Assembly (NCBI GenBank): GCA_030141605.1
Contig: JAQGDQ010000903.1
Location: 17,987-81,986 of the forward strand
From: Tubiluchus corallicola
Taxonomy: Eukaryota; Animalia; Priapulida
Direction: 5' to 3'
Length of the DNA: 64,000 nt
Under the pieces are notes generated by a model. It did not search any database. It was given only the letters and a program-made list of their open reading frames with translations, and was not told where the DNA came from. Within the stretch, counting starts at the first letter, position 1; the number at the start of each line of letters is the position of its first letter. Shown here in pieces: positions 62,521 through 64,000 of this stretch. The position numbers and the translations under genes were made by a program.

Positions 62521-64000
62521 TAATAGAGAACCACACATTCCAAAAAGGATTCCAACACTGGGGTATAATCGTCATATCGAAGCAGTAAAACTCTAGAGGT
62601 TAAACTGTTCACAATATTTACACGTTTACAAAAGTTTTTCAATTTTTTTCCTCTTTTTCAAAACAGTCTGTAATCCGAGTATAATTCTAAACTAAATGTG
62701 CAAGTTCACAATCAGTTCCATTCATCAATAATATAAATATTTCCTGCAACATGAGATTCATAAAGTTTGCATAGATATGATAGACCAAGCTACGTCCTAA
62801 ATCATTGTAATAGTTGCATTCAGAATTTTTTGGTCATTACAAAGAGCTGTTGTTAAAGGGGATTTTAGGTCTGGTGTTGTCGGCCTTTCTTAAGAAGTAG
62901 GTCGTGTGAGTTCTTATGACGAAAGTTACTGGTTTTCACAAAATGCGGCGGTAGCTTCACGAAATCATATTAGCTCCGTAGTCTTTTATTTTAACACAAG
63001 GTTTCTTCGCCTCTATATTCAGTTAGTCGGTTTAGAAATCCTAGTTCAAGACCACTATCTCATCTTTATATCATTAGAGCTGCGAGGAACCATGATTTTC
63101 GGATTTATAAATAGTGTAGCAAACTTTTATTGTACTTAAAAGTTATAGTTATAGCTATAGACCTAGTTATAGTTATAGAAGTTCTTGCTTAAAGGAAGAC
63201 ACGATAATTTTTCATAGCTACCCCATTTTGAAGTACGGCAGAGAAGTTTACCTTTTAACACCAGTAACAATGCCAGAGCGTTTCTGATAATTAAGTAACA
63301 GTTCAAAAACTTAATTAACGGCAGGCGAGCCCAACTAGTGGTGACATCACAAGTTAACCTAATTTTCAGCAGCACAACCCTCCATGAGCGTGTTACAGGT
63401 GTTTGCAAAGCCAAATTCCGAAAAGCAAAAGCTAAACGTGCTACAATACAACATTCAGTGCGTTATTCAAAAACTCAGAAATTTTAAGTTTAAAATTCAA
63501 ATTTCAATTTTACCGCTGTTTGTCAAAGTGCGCACTACGTCACAACTGAGCCACTCTGAACTGATAAAGATATAGCCGCGCGAAATTACGTTTCTGTGGT
63601 AATAATTCTTTCACGTAAGCCATTCTTGAAAAAGATTCCCTTTCAGTATGTTAAAGGGTAGATTGTTTTGAGCTATAGCTTAAGATTGTGTCCTGTTTTG
63701 CTTTAATCACAGGCGCTCATAAGCTGTCAGGCTGCTCATAGGTGCTTTCTGACGCGACTGTAATCACTCCCCGCTACGCGGGAGAGCGGAGAAAACAATT
63801 ATTGAATGGATATGCCCATTGGCTAGGAGTATAACAACTGTGGGATGTTCAGGAGTACAGTCAATACTGATGTATAAATGTCAGTGCACTGATTATAAAA
63901 GAAACCTAGTTCGTTAGTAGTTGTGTCGAGTTTATGCCAACCCTTGTTTCTGAAAACTAACTACGGGTGTTTTTACCTATGCCTTATTTTGATATTACAA

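Overview
AT-rich invertebrate (probably protostome) nuclear DNA with spliceosomal introns. No prokaryotic features, rRNA, true tRNA or CRISPR were seen. Genes were assembled by hand from GT/GC-AG boundaries and reading frame: PUS3 (+, 10 exons); a PPP1R15 (GADD34/CReP-like) PP1 regulator (-) with a uORF-rich leader; an intronless PRIM2 (+); a 13-exon secreted pancreatic-lipase-family gene (+) lacking the catalytic Ser; an intronless GT31 beta-1,3-glycosyltransferase (-) head-to-head with an intronless type-II-membrane SAM methyltransferase (+), followed by a GT31 pseudogene; and an intronless B-type muscarinic ACh receptor (-). The lipase introns host two antisense nested genes: an intact secreted Glu/Ala-rich acidic pro-protein and a decayed cyclase/kynurenine-formamidase-like gene. 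The rest is MITEs, LINE and SINE remnants, a hAT fragment, and mini- and microsatellites. The best candidates for undescribed systems are the GT31 plus luminal methyltransferase pair (possible glycan O-methylation module) and the pseudo-lipase locus with its nested acidic secreted protein. All identifications come from motif recognition; no database search was run.
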